64,000 nucleotides of DNA from a virus (Duplodnaviria; Caudoviricetes). Positions 8,276 through 18,179 of the stretch are shown here, piece by piece. The notes under the pieces are model-generated. The model was given only the letters and a program-made list of their open reading frames with translations. It did not search any database and had not been told where the DNA came from. Position 1 is the stretch's first letter. Each line of letters opens with the position of its first letter. The stretch spans positions 606 through 64,605 of IMG/VR virus record IMGVR_UViG_3300043803_000642. The stretch is one strand, 5' to 3'. The position numbers and the translations under genes are program-made.

Positions 8276-9741
8276 GTGAGCTGATAGGTAAGTTGCCGCC
8301 GGCCGAGCAGGATAAGTTGCTGGAGCAGGTGGCGCAGTACCGAGATGCGGTGGCCAGAGAGCGCGCGCAGAGTAAGTTCATGTCGTTCGTGAAAGAGATG
8401 TGGCCGGGATTTATACATGGCAGACACCATGCCATCATGGCCAAGAAGTTTGAGGAGATCGCGGAAGGGAAGTTAAAGCGGCTGATCATCAACATGCCGC
8501 CGCGACACACGAAGTCGGAGTTTGCGAGTTACTTATTGCCGGCGTGGTATCTGGGGAGAAACCCGGAGAAGAAGGTAATCCAGACATCCAACACGGCCGA
8601 ACTGGCGGTGGGATTTGGCCGTAAAGTCAGGAACCTGGTGGACAGCGACCACTACGCGAAGATCTTCCCCGGTGTGGGTTTGCGGGTGGACTCGAAAGCG
8701 GCTGGACGCTGGGCGACAAGTCACGGCGGCGATTATTTTGCGATTGGTGTGGGCGGTACTGTTACTGGTAAAGGCGCCGATCTATTAATAATAGATGACC
8801 CGCATTCAGAACAAGAGGCAAGACTCGCGCAGGGCGATCCGACGGTGTTTGACAGTGTGTATGAATGGTACACATCTGGCCCACGTCAGCGTTTGCAGCC
8901 GGGCGGGGCGATTGTGATGGTGATGACGCGCTGGTCGGACAAGGATCTGACTGGCCGAGTGCTGAAATCAGACGCGACAGAATGGGAAGTGATCGAATTC
9001 CCTGCGATTTTGCCGTCGGGGAATAGTCTATGGCCTGAATTTTGGCCTGTAAATGAGCTTCTGGCGCTGAAAGAGGAGCTTCCGCCGTACAAATGGAACG
9101 CCCAGTACCAGCAAAAGCCCACGGGAGAAGAGGGTGCGCTGGTAAAAAGGGACTGGTGGCAGCTGTGGGAGGCAGATAGAGCGCCTCCGTGCGAATTTAT
9201 CATCCAAAGTTGGGACACGGCGTACACAAAAAACCAGCGGAGTGACTATTCTGCGTGTACGACCTGGGGTGTTTTCCACAAAGACGAGGATGAGAACGAT
9301 GTGAACATCATTTTGCTGGATGCGTGGAAGGGGAAAGTGGAGTTTCCTGACCTAAAGCAGAAGGCAAAAGAGCTGTACGACGACTGGGAGCCGGACGCCT
9401 GCATTATTGAAGCGAAAGCAGCGGGTGCGCCCCTGATATTTGAGCTGCGCAGGATGGGTGTGATGGTTCAAGACTTCACACCGACACGCGGCAACGACAA
9501 GTTCGTGCGTCTGAACAGCGTTACAGACCTATTTTCTTCCGGTAAAGTGTGGGCGCCGGACAAACGGTGGGCAGAAGACGTGATTGAAGAGTTTGCCCGA
9601 TTCCCGAACGCAGAGCATGACGATTTGGTCGACTCTGGCGTACAGGCGTTGATACGATTTCGACAAGGCGGCTTCCTGCGGTTGGGTTCCGACGAGGAAG
9701 ATGAGCCACTGGACCTGCGGCGCAGGCGCAGTTACTACTGA
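8266..9741 (+). CDS. terL: Terminase large subunit
   Basis: NMPPRHTKS Walker A, LLIIDDP Walker B, MTRW, AQYQQKP, QSWDTA, HDDLVDS. Confidence 0.95.
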   Translation: MDLSELIGKLPPAEQDKLLEQVAQYRDAVARERAQSKFMSFVKEMWPGFIHGRHHAIMAKKFEEIAEGKLKRLIINMPPRHTKSEFASYLLPAWYLGRNPEKKVIQTSNTAELAVGFGRKVRNLVDSDHYAKIFPGVGLRVDSKAAGRWATSHGGDYFAIGVGGTVTGKGADLLIIDDPHSEQEARLAQGDPTVFDSVYEWYTSGPRQRLQPGGAIVMVMTRWSDKDLTGRVLKSDATEWEVIEFPAILPSGNSLWPEFWPVNELLALKEELPPYKWNAQYQQKPTGEEGALVKRDWWQLWEADRAPPCEFIIQSWDTAYTKNQRSDYSACTTWGVFHKDEDENDVNIILLDAWKGKVEFPDLKQKAKELYDDWEPDACIIEAKAAGAPLIFELRRMGVMVQDFTPTRGNDKFVRLNSVTDLFSSGKVWAPDKRWAEDVIEEFARFPNAEHDDLVDSGVQALIRFRQGGFLRLGSDEEDEPLDLRRRRSYY

Positions 9742-9750
9742 GGATAGACG

Positions 9751-12219
9751 ATGGCGACAAATATAGACAAGGCGCTGTACCAGCTGCCGGTGGGGATGGA
9801 CGAAGCGCTCATGGAAGCGGAGCCGATAGAGATTGAGATCGAGGATCCCGAGTCTGTATCTATAGGGCTGGGTGATTTAGAGATCACTTTGGAAAAAGAC
9901 GAGGAAGAAGACGAGTTTTCCGAGAATCTGGCCGAGAAAATGGCGACAGATGAGCTGGAATCCTTGGCCTCTGACCTACTCAGTGACTTTCAGGACGATA
10001 TCGATAGCCGCAAGGACTGGATGAAGACGTATGTCGACGGCCTAGAGCTGTTGGGCATGAAGATCGAAGAAAGATCAGAGCCATGGGAAGGAGCCTGCGG
10101 TGTCTACCATCCCCTTTTATCTGAAGCGCTTGTTAAGTTTCAAGCCGAGACGATTATGGAGACCTTCCCGGCTTCGGGTCCCGTTAAAACTAAGATCATC
10201 GGCAAAGAAACGCCGAAGAAACGAGATGCGGCGGAGCGCGTTCGGGATGACATGAACTACCAACTGACGGAAGTCATGACCGAGTACCGGCCTGAACACG
10301 AACGGATGCTGTGGGGCTTGGGGTTGGCGGGTAACGCGTTCAAGAAGGTGTACTACGACCCAAGTCTTGGCCGTCAGGTGTCGCTATTCGTGCCGGCGGA
10401 GGACGTGGTGGTGCCATACGGGGCGAGTAACTTGGAATCTGCGCCGCGCGTAACGCACGTCATGAGAAAGACCAAGAATGAACTGCGCCGCCTAATGGTA
10501 GCAGGGTTCTATAGAGACATCGACCTGCCGGAGCCAGAGAACTCGCTGGACGATATCGAGAAGTCGATTGCCGAGAAGATGGGTTTCCGCGCAACGACGG
10601 ACGATCGGTACAAAATTCTGGAGATGCAGGTGTATCTGGATCTGCCGGGGTACGAGGACACGGATGATAAGGGCAACAAGACGGAGATTGGTCTTCCGTA
10701 CATTGTCACTATAGAGAAGACCTCGCAGGAAGTTCTGTCAATCAGAAGAAACTGGCGGCCGGAAGATGAGACCTATCAGAAGAGGAACCACTTTGTTCAC
10801 TACCCATACATTCCCGGCTTTGGCTTCTATGCCTTCGGCCTTATTCATCTTATCGGTGCTTTCGCTAAGTCTGGTACTTCTATTATTCGTCAGCTGGTTG
10901 ATGCTGGGACTTTATCGAACCTGCCTGGCGGTCTCAAGACTAAGGGAATGCGGGTCAAAGGAGATGACACTCCAATTGCACCCGGCGAGTTCCGAGATGT
11001 GGACGTCGCGGCCGGCACAATCAGAGACAACATCCTCCCACTTCCGTACAAAGAGCCGAGCCAAGTACTTCTTGGACTGATGAACCAGATCGTCGAGGAA
11101 GGCCGCCGGTTTGCTGCTGCGGCTGACTTGAAGATCGCTGACATGTCGGCCAACTCACCGGTTGGCACTACCTTGGCAATTCTGGAGCGTACGTTAAAGG
11201 TGATGTCTGCGGTGCAGGCGCGCATTCACTACGCCATGAAGCAGGAGTTAAAGCTCCTGAAAGACATCATCCGTGACTACACGCCGGACTCCTACAGCTA
11301 CGTGCCGGTAGAGGGTACGCCCCGTGCGAAGAAGTCGGACTATGACGATGTGGATGTGATCCCGGTATCGGATCCCAACTCGGCCACGATGGCACAGAAG
11401 GTTGTGCAGTATCAGGCGGTGATGCAGATGGCGGCGGCCAACCCACAGATCTATGACATGGTGGAGTTGAACCGTCAGATGCTGGAAGTCTTGGGAATCA
11501 AGAACGTCGGCAAGCTAGTCCCGTCGGCAGAAGACCAGAAACCGAAAGATCCTGTGTCGGAGAACATGGCCATCCTGAACATGAAGCCGGTCAAGGCGTT
11601 CATTTATCAGGATCACCAGGCGCACATTGCTGTGCATATGTCGGCCATGCAGGATCCAAAGATAGCCGCAATCATCGGCCAAAACCCGCGCGCGCAGGTT
11701 ATGCAGGCAGCACTCATGGCTCACATTAACGAGCATGTGGCGTTTGAGTACCGTAAGCAGATCGAAGAAATGCTGGGTGTACCGTTGCCAGAGATGGACA
11801 AGGAGCTGCCAGAGGAAGTCGAAGTCGAGGTGTCGCGCATGATGGCGGCAGCGGCAGGCAAGTTGCTACAGAAGGACAAGGCGGAAGTTGCACAACAACA
11901 GGCGCAACAGACTGCGCAGGATCCGATTGTTCAGATGCAGCAAGCAGAACTCCAGCTCAAAGCGCAGGAGTTGCAACTCAAGCAGGCAAAGCTGGCGATG
12001 GACGCTACCGAGAAGGCGGACAGAATCCGCATCGAGGAAGAGCGTATTGCCGCGCAGAAAGAGATTGCGGGTATGCAGGTCGGCGCCAAGTCGGCAAAAG
12101 ACAAGGCAGATCTGGAGGCTCGCATGGAGTTGGAAGGCGTGAAGCTGGGTACGCAGATCGCCCGAGACCAAATTGAAATGAGGAAACCGCAGCCAAAACC
12201 TGCGAAGAAAAAGGAGTAA
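9751..12219 (+). CDS. Portal protein
   Basis: 822 aa directly after terL; AFKKVYYD motif; Gln-rich coiled-coil C-terminus as in P22-like portals. Confidence 0.85.
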   Translation: MATNIDKALYQLPVGMDEALMEAEPIEIEIEDPESVSIGLGDLEITLEKDEEEDEFSENLAEKMATDELESLASDLLSDFQDDIDSRKDWMKTYVDGLELLGMKIEERSEPWEGACGVYHPLLSEALVKFQAETIMETFPASGPVKTKIIGKETPKKRDAAERVRDDMNYQLTEVMTEYRPEHERMLWGLGLAGNAFKKVYYDPSLGRQVSLFVPAEDVVVPYGASNLESAPRVTHVMRKTKNELRRLMVAGFYRDIDLPEPENSLDDIEKSIAEKMGFRATTDDRYKILEMQVYLDLPGYEDTDDKGNKTEIGLPYIVTIEKTSQEVLSIRRNWRPEDETYQKRNHFVHYPYIPGFGFYAFGLIHLIGAFAKSGTSIIRQLVDAGTLSNLPGGLKTKGMRVKGDDTPIAPGEFRDVDVAAGTIRDNILPLPYKEPSQVLLGLMNQIVEEGRRFAAAADLKIADMSANSPVGTTLAILERTLKVMSAVQARIHYAMKQELKLLKDIIRDYTPDSYSYVPVEGTPRAKKSDYDDVDVIPVSDPNSATMAQKVVQYQAVMQMAAANPQIYDMVELNRQMLEVLGIKNVGKLVPSAEDQKPKDPVSENMAILNMKPVKAFIYQDHQAHIAVHMSAMQDPKIAAIIGQNPRAQVMQAALMAHINEHVAFEYRKQIEEMLGVPLPEMDKELPEEVEVEVSRMMAAAAGKLLQKDKAEVAQQQAQQTAQDPIVQMQQAELQLKAQELQLKQAKLAMDATEKADRIRIEEERIAAQKEIAGMQVGAKSAKDKADLEARMELEGVKLGTQIARDQIEMRKPQPKPAKKKE

Positions 12220-12222
12220 TCC

Positions 12223-12414
12223 ATGGAAAAAGCGCTTGAAGTACTGCTCAAACAGGTGCGTGACAAGCGCGATCAGATAGTGGAGGCCGTCGCCAACAGC
12301 GCGGCCAAAGACTACGCTGACTATCAAAAACTTTGCGGCGAGATCCGAGGTCTATCGCTTGCGGAGGGTTTTATCTTGGACCTTGCAAAGAAAATGGAGT
12401 ATTCCGATGAGTGA
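12223..12414 (+). CDS. Small head-module protein
   Basis: SD AAGGAG; DYADYQKLCGEIRGL. Confidence 0.7.
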   Translation: MEKALEVLLKQVRDKRDQIVEAVANSAAKDYADYQKLCGEIRGLSLAEGFILDLAKKMEYSDE

Positions 12415-12808
12415 AATCTTAATCGCCAGTCAAGATGGCGAGACATCCACGCTGCCAGAAACAGCGGAGGAAAAAGCGAAACAACTGCCAGAGCCTACCG
12501 GGTATCACATCCTGGTCGCGCTGCCGGAAGTTGAAGACAAGTTTGACAGCGGGCTAGTCAAGGCAGACCAAACTCTGTACGAGGAAAAGGTACTGGCGAC
12601 TGTCTTCTTTGTCATCAAGATGGGACCTGATTGTTACAAAGACGAAAAGCGGTTCCCGAATGGAGCATGGTGCAAGGAAGGGGATTTCATTCTCGCCCGT
12701 CCTAACACTGGCACCCGCCTGAAGATTCATGGCCGCGAGTTCCGTTTGATTAACGACGACGTGGTTGAAGCGGTGGTTCAAGACCCACGCGGGATCTCTA
12801 GGGCTTAA
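12407..12808 (+). CDS. groES: GroES-like co-chaperonin
   Basis: LPEPTGYHILV, MGPDCY, CKEGDFI, FRLINDDVVEAVV. Confidence 0.85.
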   Translation: MSEILIASQDGETSTLPETAEEKAKQLPEPTGYHILVALPEVEDKFDSGLVKADQTLYEEKVLATVFFVIKMGPDCYKDEKRFPNGAWCKEGDFILARPNTGTRLKIHGREFRLINDDVVEAVVQDPRGISRA

Positions 12809-12822
12809 CAAAGGAGAAACAC

Positions 12823-13776
12823 ATGGCGCAACAAGACGTGGAAGATTTCAAGTTCCCTGATGAAAAGGAAGACGAGGTCAAAGCCTCGGCTGCCGAGGAG
12901 CTTGAGTATGAGATAGAGGACGATACGCCTCCCGAGGATCGCGGCAAGGAGCCGATGCCCAAGGAGATTGTCCAGGAGCTTGATAACGACGAGCTGGAGG
13001 AATACTCCGACAACGTAAAGCTACGCCTGAAGCAGATGAAGAAGGTGTATCACGACGAGCGTCGGGAGAAAGAAGCGGCGTTGCGTGAGCAACAGGAAGC
13101 TATCGCTTATGCCAAGCGGATTCTTGAGGAGAACAATGCACTCAAGAGCCGGCTGACGCAGGGCGAGCAGGCGTTTGTTGCCACAGCAAAGTCGGCGGCA
13201 GAACTGGAATTACAGGCGGCCAAGAAGGCATATAAGGATGCCTACGACATTGGCGACTCCGATGCCTTGATAGAGGCGCAGGAGAAGTTGAATAACGCGC
13301 AGTACAAATTGCAGCGGGTGTCTGAATATGTTCCGTCTAGACAAGAGCCGGAAACTGATGTACAACCTGTTGCCAATCCAGCACCTCGTCCTGACCAGAG
13401 GGCAATTGCGTGGCAAGAGCGCAATCAATGGTTCGGTAAGGACGAGGAAATGACCAGCTTGGCTCTGGGCTTGCATCAGAAGTTGGTCTCTCAGTACGGG
13501 ACGGCATATCCGTCTACGGACGAATACTGGAAGAAGGTCGACGAGACCATGCGCCGTCGATTCCCAGAGCATTTTGCGGATCAGGAGGAAGCCCCTGCGC
13601 AGGAGCCAAAACCCCAGCGCGAGAAACCTGCTCCGGTTGTTGCACCTGCAACGAGAAGCACGGGATCAAAGAAGATCACGGTCAAGCAGTCCGCAGTCGC
13701 CATGGCAAAAAAACTTGGCGTACCGTTGGAAAGATACGTGCAGGAAATGCAAAAATTGGAGGGTAGAAATGGCTGA
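12823..13776 (+). CDS. Putative capsid scaffolding protein
   Basis: Acidic coiled coil; C-terminal AKKLGVPLERY helix; position before capsid genes. Confidence 0.7.
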   Translation: MAQQDVEDFKFPDEKEDEVKASAAEELEYEIEDDTPPEDRGKEPMPKEIVQELDNDELEEYSDNVKLRLKQMKKVYHDERREKEAALREQQEAIAYAKRILEENNALKSRLTQGEQAFVATAKSAAELELQAAKKAYKDAYDIGDSDALIEAQEKLNNAQYKLQRVSEYVPSRQEPETDVQPVANPAPRPDQRAIAWQERNQWFGKDEEMTSLALGLHQKLVSQYGTAYPSTDEYWKKVDETMRRRFPEHFADQEEAPAQEPKPQREKPAPVVAPATRSTGSKKITVKQSAVAMAKKLGVPLERYVQEMQKLEGRNG

Positions 13777-14215
13777 GAATCGCACACCGCGCAGTACCGA
13801 GAGTCGTAACCAAACGCAGCGTCCCCAGCAGTGGGCGCCGCCGGAGCTTCTGCCAGAACCAGATAAGCAACCGGGTTACAAATACCGTTGGATTCGCGTG
13901 TCGCTTGGAGGACAAGCTGACGCTCGCAACATCTCTATCAAACTACGAGAAGGTTGGGAGCCAGTGAAAGTCGAAGAGCAACCGCAGTATGGACTGCTAG
14001 TCAATGGCGAGGGGCGGTGGAAAGACTGCGTCCAAGTCGGCGACGTGTTGTTGTGCAAGACGCCAGAAGAGCTAACCGTGCAGCGTAACCAACACTACCT
14101 GCAACAATCGGAACAGCAAATCCGGGCGGTGGACAACAACCTGATGAAGCAAAATGACCCACGTATGCCGCTATTCAAGGAGTCGAGTTCCTCGACGACG
14201 CGAGGTGGTGGTTAA
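13769..14215 (+). CDS. Conserved head-module protein
   Basis: PGYKYRWIR...LREGWEPV...VGDVLLCK; start reassigned to ATG 13769. Confidence 0.7.
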   Translation: MAENRTPRSTESRNQTQRPQQWAPPELLPEPDKQPGYKYRWIRVSLGGQADARNISIKLREGWEPVKVEEQPQYGLLVNGEGRWKDCVQVGDVLLCKTPEELTVQRNQHYLQQSEQQIRAVDNNLMKQNDPRMPLFKESSSSTTRGGG

Positions 14216-14232
14216 ACTTATTGGAGTTATCA

Positions 14233-14889
14233 ATGGCATATCCTACTGTATCGAAGCCTTATGGGCTTCAGCCGATCAATTTGATCGGCGGGCAGGTGTA
14301 CGCCGGTTCGACTCGCCTATTCCGTATTGCTAGCGGCTATGCCACCAGCATTTACTACGGCGATGTCGTGAAAATCGCATCGGATGGCACTATCCAAAAG
14401 GATACTGGCACTTCGACTGCGACCCCGGTTGGCATCTTCTTGGGTTGCACTTACACCAACCCATCAACCAACCAGAAGCTGAACTACCAGTACTACGCTG
14501 GTGGCACTAACGCTCCTGACATCCAGGCGTACGTTGTGGACGACCCTGATGTTCTGTTCAAGATGGCTGCTGTTTCGTCCGGTACTACCGTTGCTTTCTA
14601 CAGCTCGGAGCAGATCGGCCTGAACGCTGCCTTGATTCAGAACAACGGCTCGAACACTACAGGTGATTCGCAGGTTGCAATTAATGGCGCTTCGTTTGCC
14701 ACTACTGCATCCTTGCCAATTCGCATTGTCGACATTGTCCCTGACACGTCGAACAGCGCAAACGGCTACTGCGAGTTCATCTGCAAATTCAACGCACCGT
14801 ACATCGTTTCCACGTTCACGAACACATCGAACCTCGTTACTTCTACAGTAACTGGCGGACATGCGTATCTGAACCCGACTGGTGTTTAA
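14233..14889 (+). CDS. Putative capsid decoration/cement protein
   Basis: Beta-rich, PYGLQPI...IYYGDVV...VVDDPDVLF; directly before the capsid gene. Confidence 0.65.
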   Translation: MAYPTVSKPYGLQPINLIGGQVYAGSTRLFRIASGYATSIYYGDVVKIASDGTIQKDTGTSTATPVGIFLGCTYTNPSTNQKLNYQYYAGGTNAPDIQAYVVDDPDVLFKMAAVSSGTTVAFYSSEQIGLNAALIQNNGSNTTGDSQVAINGASFATTASLPIRIVDIVPDTSNSANGYCEFICKFNAPYIVSTFTNTSNLVTSTVTGGHAYLNPTGV

Positions 14890-14899
14890 GGAGTAAGAC

Positions 14900-15808
14900 A
14901 TGGCTATTTCACGCGCACAACTACTGAAAGAGCTACTGCCTGGCCTGAACGCCTTGTTCGGCATGGAGTACGCTCGTTATGGTGAAGAACACAAAGAGAT
15001 CTACGAAACAGAGACCTCCGAGCGTTCTTTCGAAGAAGAAACCAAGCTGTCTGGCTTCAGCGCCGCACCGGTCAAGAACGAAGGTTCTGCGATCCGGTAC
15101 GACAATGGTCAGGAAGCTTGGACTGCACGATACAACCACGAAACCATCGCTCTGGGTTTCTCGCTGACCGAAGAGGCCATCGAAGATAACCTGTATGACA
15201 GCCTGTCGGCTCGTTATACCAAGGCGCTGGCTCGTGCGATGTCGTACACCAAGCAGGTAAAAGCTGCTGCTGTACTGAACAACGGCTTCTCGTCTAACTA
15301 CCCTGGTGGTGATGGCGTGGCTCTGTTCAGCACTGCACACCCGCTGGTATCTGGCGGCACCAACAGCAACACTCCGTCGACCCAAGTTGACCTCTCGGAA
15401 ACCGCGTTGGAAAACGCAGTCATCCAGATCGCTGCTTGGACTGACGAACGTGGCCTGCTGATCGCCGCTCGTCCCCGCAAGCTGATCGTGCCTCCAGCAC
15501 TCCAGTTTGTGGCGACCCGCCTGTTGGAGACCCAACTGCGTCCGGGAACCAATGATAACGACGTGAACGCGATCGTTAACAACGGTTCGATCCCGGAAGG
15601 CTATACGATCAACCACTTCTTGACCGACACGAACGCATGGTTCCTAACCACTGACGTTCCAAACGGCATGAAGCACTTTGTTCGTATCCCGTTGCAGAAC
15701 TCCATGGACGGAGACTTCGACACCGGCAACGTCCGTTACAAAGCGCGTGAGCGTTATTCGTTCGGATGGTCCGATCCTCTGGGTATGTTCGCATCCCAGG
15801 GTGCTTGA
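14900..15808 (+). CDS. Major capsid protein (Mu gpT-like, HK97 fold)
   Basis: ETSERSFEEE, EEAIEDNLY, PRKLIVPPAL, DFDTGNVRYKARERYSFGWSDP; followed by a terminator. Confidence 0.9.
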   Translation: MAISRAQLLKELLPGLNALFGMEYARYGEEHKEIYETETSERSFEEETKLSGFSAAPVKNEGSAIRYDNGQEAWTARYNHETIALGFSLTEEAIEDNLYDSLSARYTKALARAMSYTKQVKAAAVLNNGFSSNYPGGDGVALFSTAHPLVSGGTNSNTPSTQVDLSETALENAVIQIAAWTDERGLLIAARPRKLIVPPALQFVATRLLETQLRPGTNDNDVNAIVNNGSIPEGYTINHFLTDTNAWFLTTDVPNGMKHFVRIPLQNSMDGDFDTGNVRYKARERYSFGWSDPLGMFASQGA

Positions 15809-15811
15809 TAG

Positions 15812-15837
15812 AAGGGGGCTTAAATGCCCCCTTTTTT
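15812..15837 (+). terminator. Rho-independent terminator after the capsid gene
   Basis: AAGGGGGC-ttaaat-GCCCCCTT followed by a T-run. Confidence 0.85.
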
Positions 15838-15865
15838 CATAGATTTATGCTATAACGCAGTAATT

Positions 15866-15939
15866 CCGGGAATACCGGGTGTGGCAAACAGTCCCGGCTG
15901 ACGTCAAGCAGATTGCCATACCGAACTCGCTTGAGAGGA
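15866..15939 (+). ncRNA. Pseudoknotted RNA downstream of the gpT-like capsid gene (probably the Mu-gpT-DE motif)
   Basis: Interleaved helices CCGGGA/TCCCGG, GGTGTGGCAA/TTGCCATACC, TCAAGC/GCTTGA; TGCTATAAC extended -10 upstream. Confidence 0.65.
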
Positions 15940-15946
15940 CAATTCG

Positions 15947-16420
15947 ATGGCTGTATCTACTACCCAAAGCATCTGGCGTTCGGGCGGCGGTGATAACACC
16001 CGCCAAGCTTATTGCGGCACCGGCGTCATGGCAGCAACTTTCTATGTTGCAAACGCGGCTGTTGCCGGCAACGTTGTCGTTGCTTCTGGCACTACCACTC
16101 CCCTGATTCTTCCTGCAAACGCTGTTGTCACGTCTGTGATCATCACGAACGGTCTGACTTCAGGCACGATGAATGTCGGCTACACCACTATTGATGGTGC
16201 AACTTCGAACGCTGCGTTCTACGTTTCGGCGTTGGCTGCTACCTCTGCAAAGACTGTCACCCCAGGCGCGACTGGAGCAGGCGCTGGCATCGGAACAGCA
16301 GGCAGCCCAACCAAGAACTTCACCGTTACAAGTGAAAGCGCAAGCTCGGCTGTTGGCGATGTTGCTGGCTACATTACGTACTACGTAAATGACCCTCTGT
16401 TCGGTCAGCAGAACAACTAA
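15947..16420 (+). CDS. Putative virion structural protein
   Basis: Beta-rich Ala/Thr/Gly composition; SD GAGGA. Confidence 0.65.
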   Translation: MAVSTTQSIWRSGGGDNTRQAYCGTGVMAATFYVANAAVAGNVVVASGTTTPLILPANAVVTSVIITNGLTSGTMNVGYTTIDGATSNAAFYVSALAATSAKTVTPGATGAGAGIGTAGSPTKNFTVTSESASSAVGDVAGYITYYVNDPLFGQQNN

Positions 16421-16432
16421 TAGGGGGCCAGC

Positions 16433-16702
16433 ATGGCTCAACAAACAGACGTAAAAGCGCAGAGTCGCGGATCGTCGGGAGTAATCTTTGAAGGCCGAAC
16501 TCGTGTGAAGGGCATGATCATTGCCCCGACATCGAGCGCTGGTAACGTAACTATCCAAGACGGTGGCACGAACGTGTTCACTGTGCAGACTGTTGCGAAC
16601 GGCGAGGCTTTCAACTGCCTGATTCCTGCGGACGGCATCCTCTTTTACACAAACGTAACAGTGACGTTGGTCAACACTTCTGTGACGGTGTTCTATGGCT
16701 AA
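16433..16702 (+). CDS. Small beta-rich virion protein
   Basis: GRTRVKG...IPADGILF...VTVFYG. Confidence 0.7.
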   Translation: MAQQTDVKAQSRGSSGVIFEGRTRVKGMIIAPTSSAGNVTIQDGGTNVFTVQTVANGEAFNCLIPADGILFYTNVTVTLVNTSVTVFYG

Positions 16703-16949
16703 GACCCCGGCTTGGCAGCGCAAGGAAGGCAAGAACCCTGAAGGCGGTTTGAACGCCAAGGGTCGCGCCTCCTACAACAAAGCCAATCCGGGCAAGCCTG
16801 GCCTGAAAGCACCGCAGCCAGAGGGCGGTTCTCGCAAGAAGTCATTCTGCGCCCGGATGTCCGGGATGAAGAAGAAGCTGACTTCTGCAAAGACCGCCAA
16901 CGATCCAAACAGTCGTATCAATAAATCTTTAAGAAAGTGGAAGTGTTGA
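16695..16949 (+). CDS. DUF6321-like basic protein
   Basis: AWQRKEGKNPEGGLNAKGRASY...SFCARM...SLRKWKC. Confidence 0.7.
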   Translation: MAKTPAWQRKEGKNPEGGLNAKGRASYNKANPGKPGLKAPQPEGGSRKKSFCARMSGMKKKLTSAKTANDPNSRINKSLRKWKC

Positions 16950-16951
16950 CC

Positions 16952-17200
16952 GTGGATATCAATTTGGTCTGGAACGGCGCGCTGTCGCTGTTTGTGGGCT
17001 TGTTTGCGTATGTCGCCCATGAGAAGTTCTCTGAGCTAGCGCGGATCACCATCTTGTTGAACAAGACGCGTGAGGAGATAGCACGGGATAACGTGACAAA
17101 GGCGGAAGTTGACCGCATCACCGATCACATAGATCAGCGATTCAACCGGCTGGAGAACAAGATCGACCAGCTGATTGAGTCACAGAGGAGAGTGTTATGA
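16952..17200 (+). CDS. Small membrane-anchored coiled-coil protein
   Basis: N-terminal hydrophobic helix; RFNRLENKIDQL. Confidence 0.65.
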   Translation: MDINLVWNGALSLFVGLFAYVAHEKFSELARITILLNKTREEIARDNVTKAEVDRITDHIDQRFNRLENKIDQLIESQRRVL

Positions 17201-17916
17201 AGCGCAAGACAAAGCGTTATCAAGACGGCGGCAAGACTGAAGACCAGTACAAGAAAGAAGGTCTTGAGTCATCCAAAGACGAAAAGGTCGGCTTCTTTGA
17301 GCGGCTTCGCATGGGCAATATAGATAACCCAAGCTCAGAAGCATATCGACGTTTTGGTGCCGGACGCGCAAAGATGGCAGAAGAGGCCAGAACGCCTGTG
17401 CCTGAGATGAGTAGCGACTACAGTGGTCGTGGCGCAAAATCCCAAAGTTCTTCTGGAAGTAGTGAGATGATGCCAAGAACCAAAGTCAGCGCTTCTGATA
17501 TTGGATTTACTGGCGGCGGCGAAGATGTAACAAATGAAAGTAGTTACATGCCGCGCAGCACATACAAGATGGAAGATATTGGTGATGCAACAAACGACGA
17601 TATAAAACCAAAACCAAAACCAAAGCCAAAACCTCGTAAGCGTGTAAGTCAATCGTTTGGAGAAACTGACTCTGATGCTTTGAACAAACGTCGTCTAGAA
17701 GGCTTGAAGAAAGAAGACTCTCCATACGGCAAAAGCGAAAGGCTTAAAGCGCTTATGGGAACCTTCTCCCCAGAGCGTTCTTCCAAGCGTTATGCAGAGT
17801 CCACTCCTTATGCACGTTCAAAGATGGGCATGAAGTCTGGCGGCAAGGTTAGTTCTGCATCCTCGCGCGCGGACGGTATCGCCCAGCGTGGCAAGACCAA
17901 GGGAAGGATCTGCTAA
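17197..17916 (+). CDS. Disordered protein with GG motifs and conserved C-terminal tag
   Basis: YQDGG; MKSGGKVSSASSRADGIAQRGKTKGRIC. Confidence 0.75.
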   Translation: MKRKTKRYQDGGKTEDQYKKEGLESSKDEKVGFFERLRMGNIDNPSSEAYRRFGAGRAKMAEEARTPVPEMSSDYSGRGAKSQSSSGSSEMMPRTKVSASDIGFTGGGEDVTNESSYMPRSTYKMEDIGDATNDDIKPKPKPKPKPRKRVSQSFGETDSDALNKRRLEGLKKEDSPYGKSERLKALMGTFSPERSSKRYAESTPYARSKMGMKSGGKVSSASSRADGIAQRGKTKGRIC

Positions 17917-18179
17917 TGGCTGACATGGCAAAAATGCAGATGCGCATTCGTGAGCTTGAGACTCGCCGCGAGAAGGGTGAGTCAGTTCCTGAACTTGATG
18001 CGCTCTACAAAAAGATGGATGCGTTAACCGAAAAAGGCTACGCCGAGGCTACAAAGACTGTGACGGGAGAAACACCGCCTGCGCCAGTGAAGAAAGCAAA
18101 AGGCGGTTCGGTTTCATCTGCTTCTGCCCGTGCTGATGGCTGCGCTATTCGCGGCAAAACCAAAGGAAGAATGGTATGA
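17916..18179 (+). CDS. Small protein with GG motif and conserved C-terminal tag
   Basis: KAKGGSVSSASARADGCAIRGKTKGRMV. Confidence 0.75.
   Translation: MADMAKMQMRIRELETRREKGESVPELDALYKKMDALTEKGYAEATKTVTGETPPAPVKKAKGGSVSSASARADGCAIRGKTKGRMV

Noticed and set aside
15866-15939. Hammerhead ribozyme
   Set aside because: CTGACGT deviates from CUGANGA and no correctly placed GAAA core was seen
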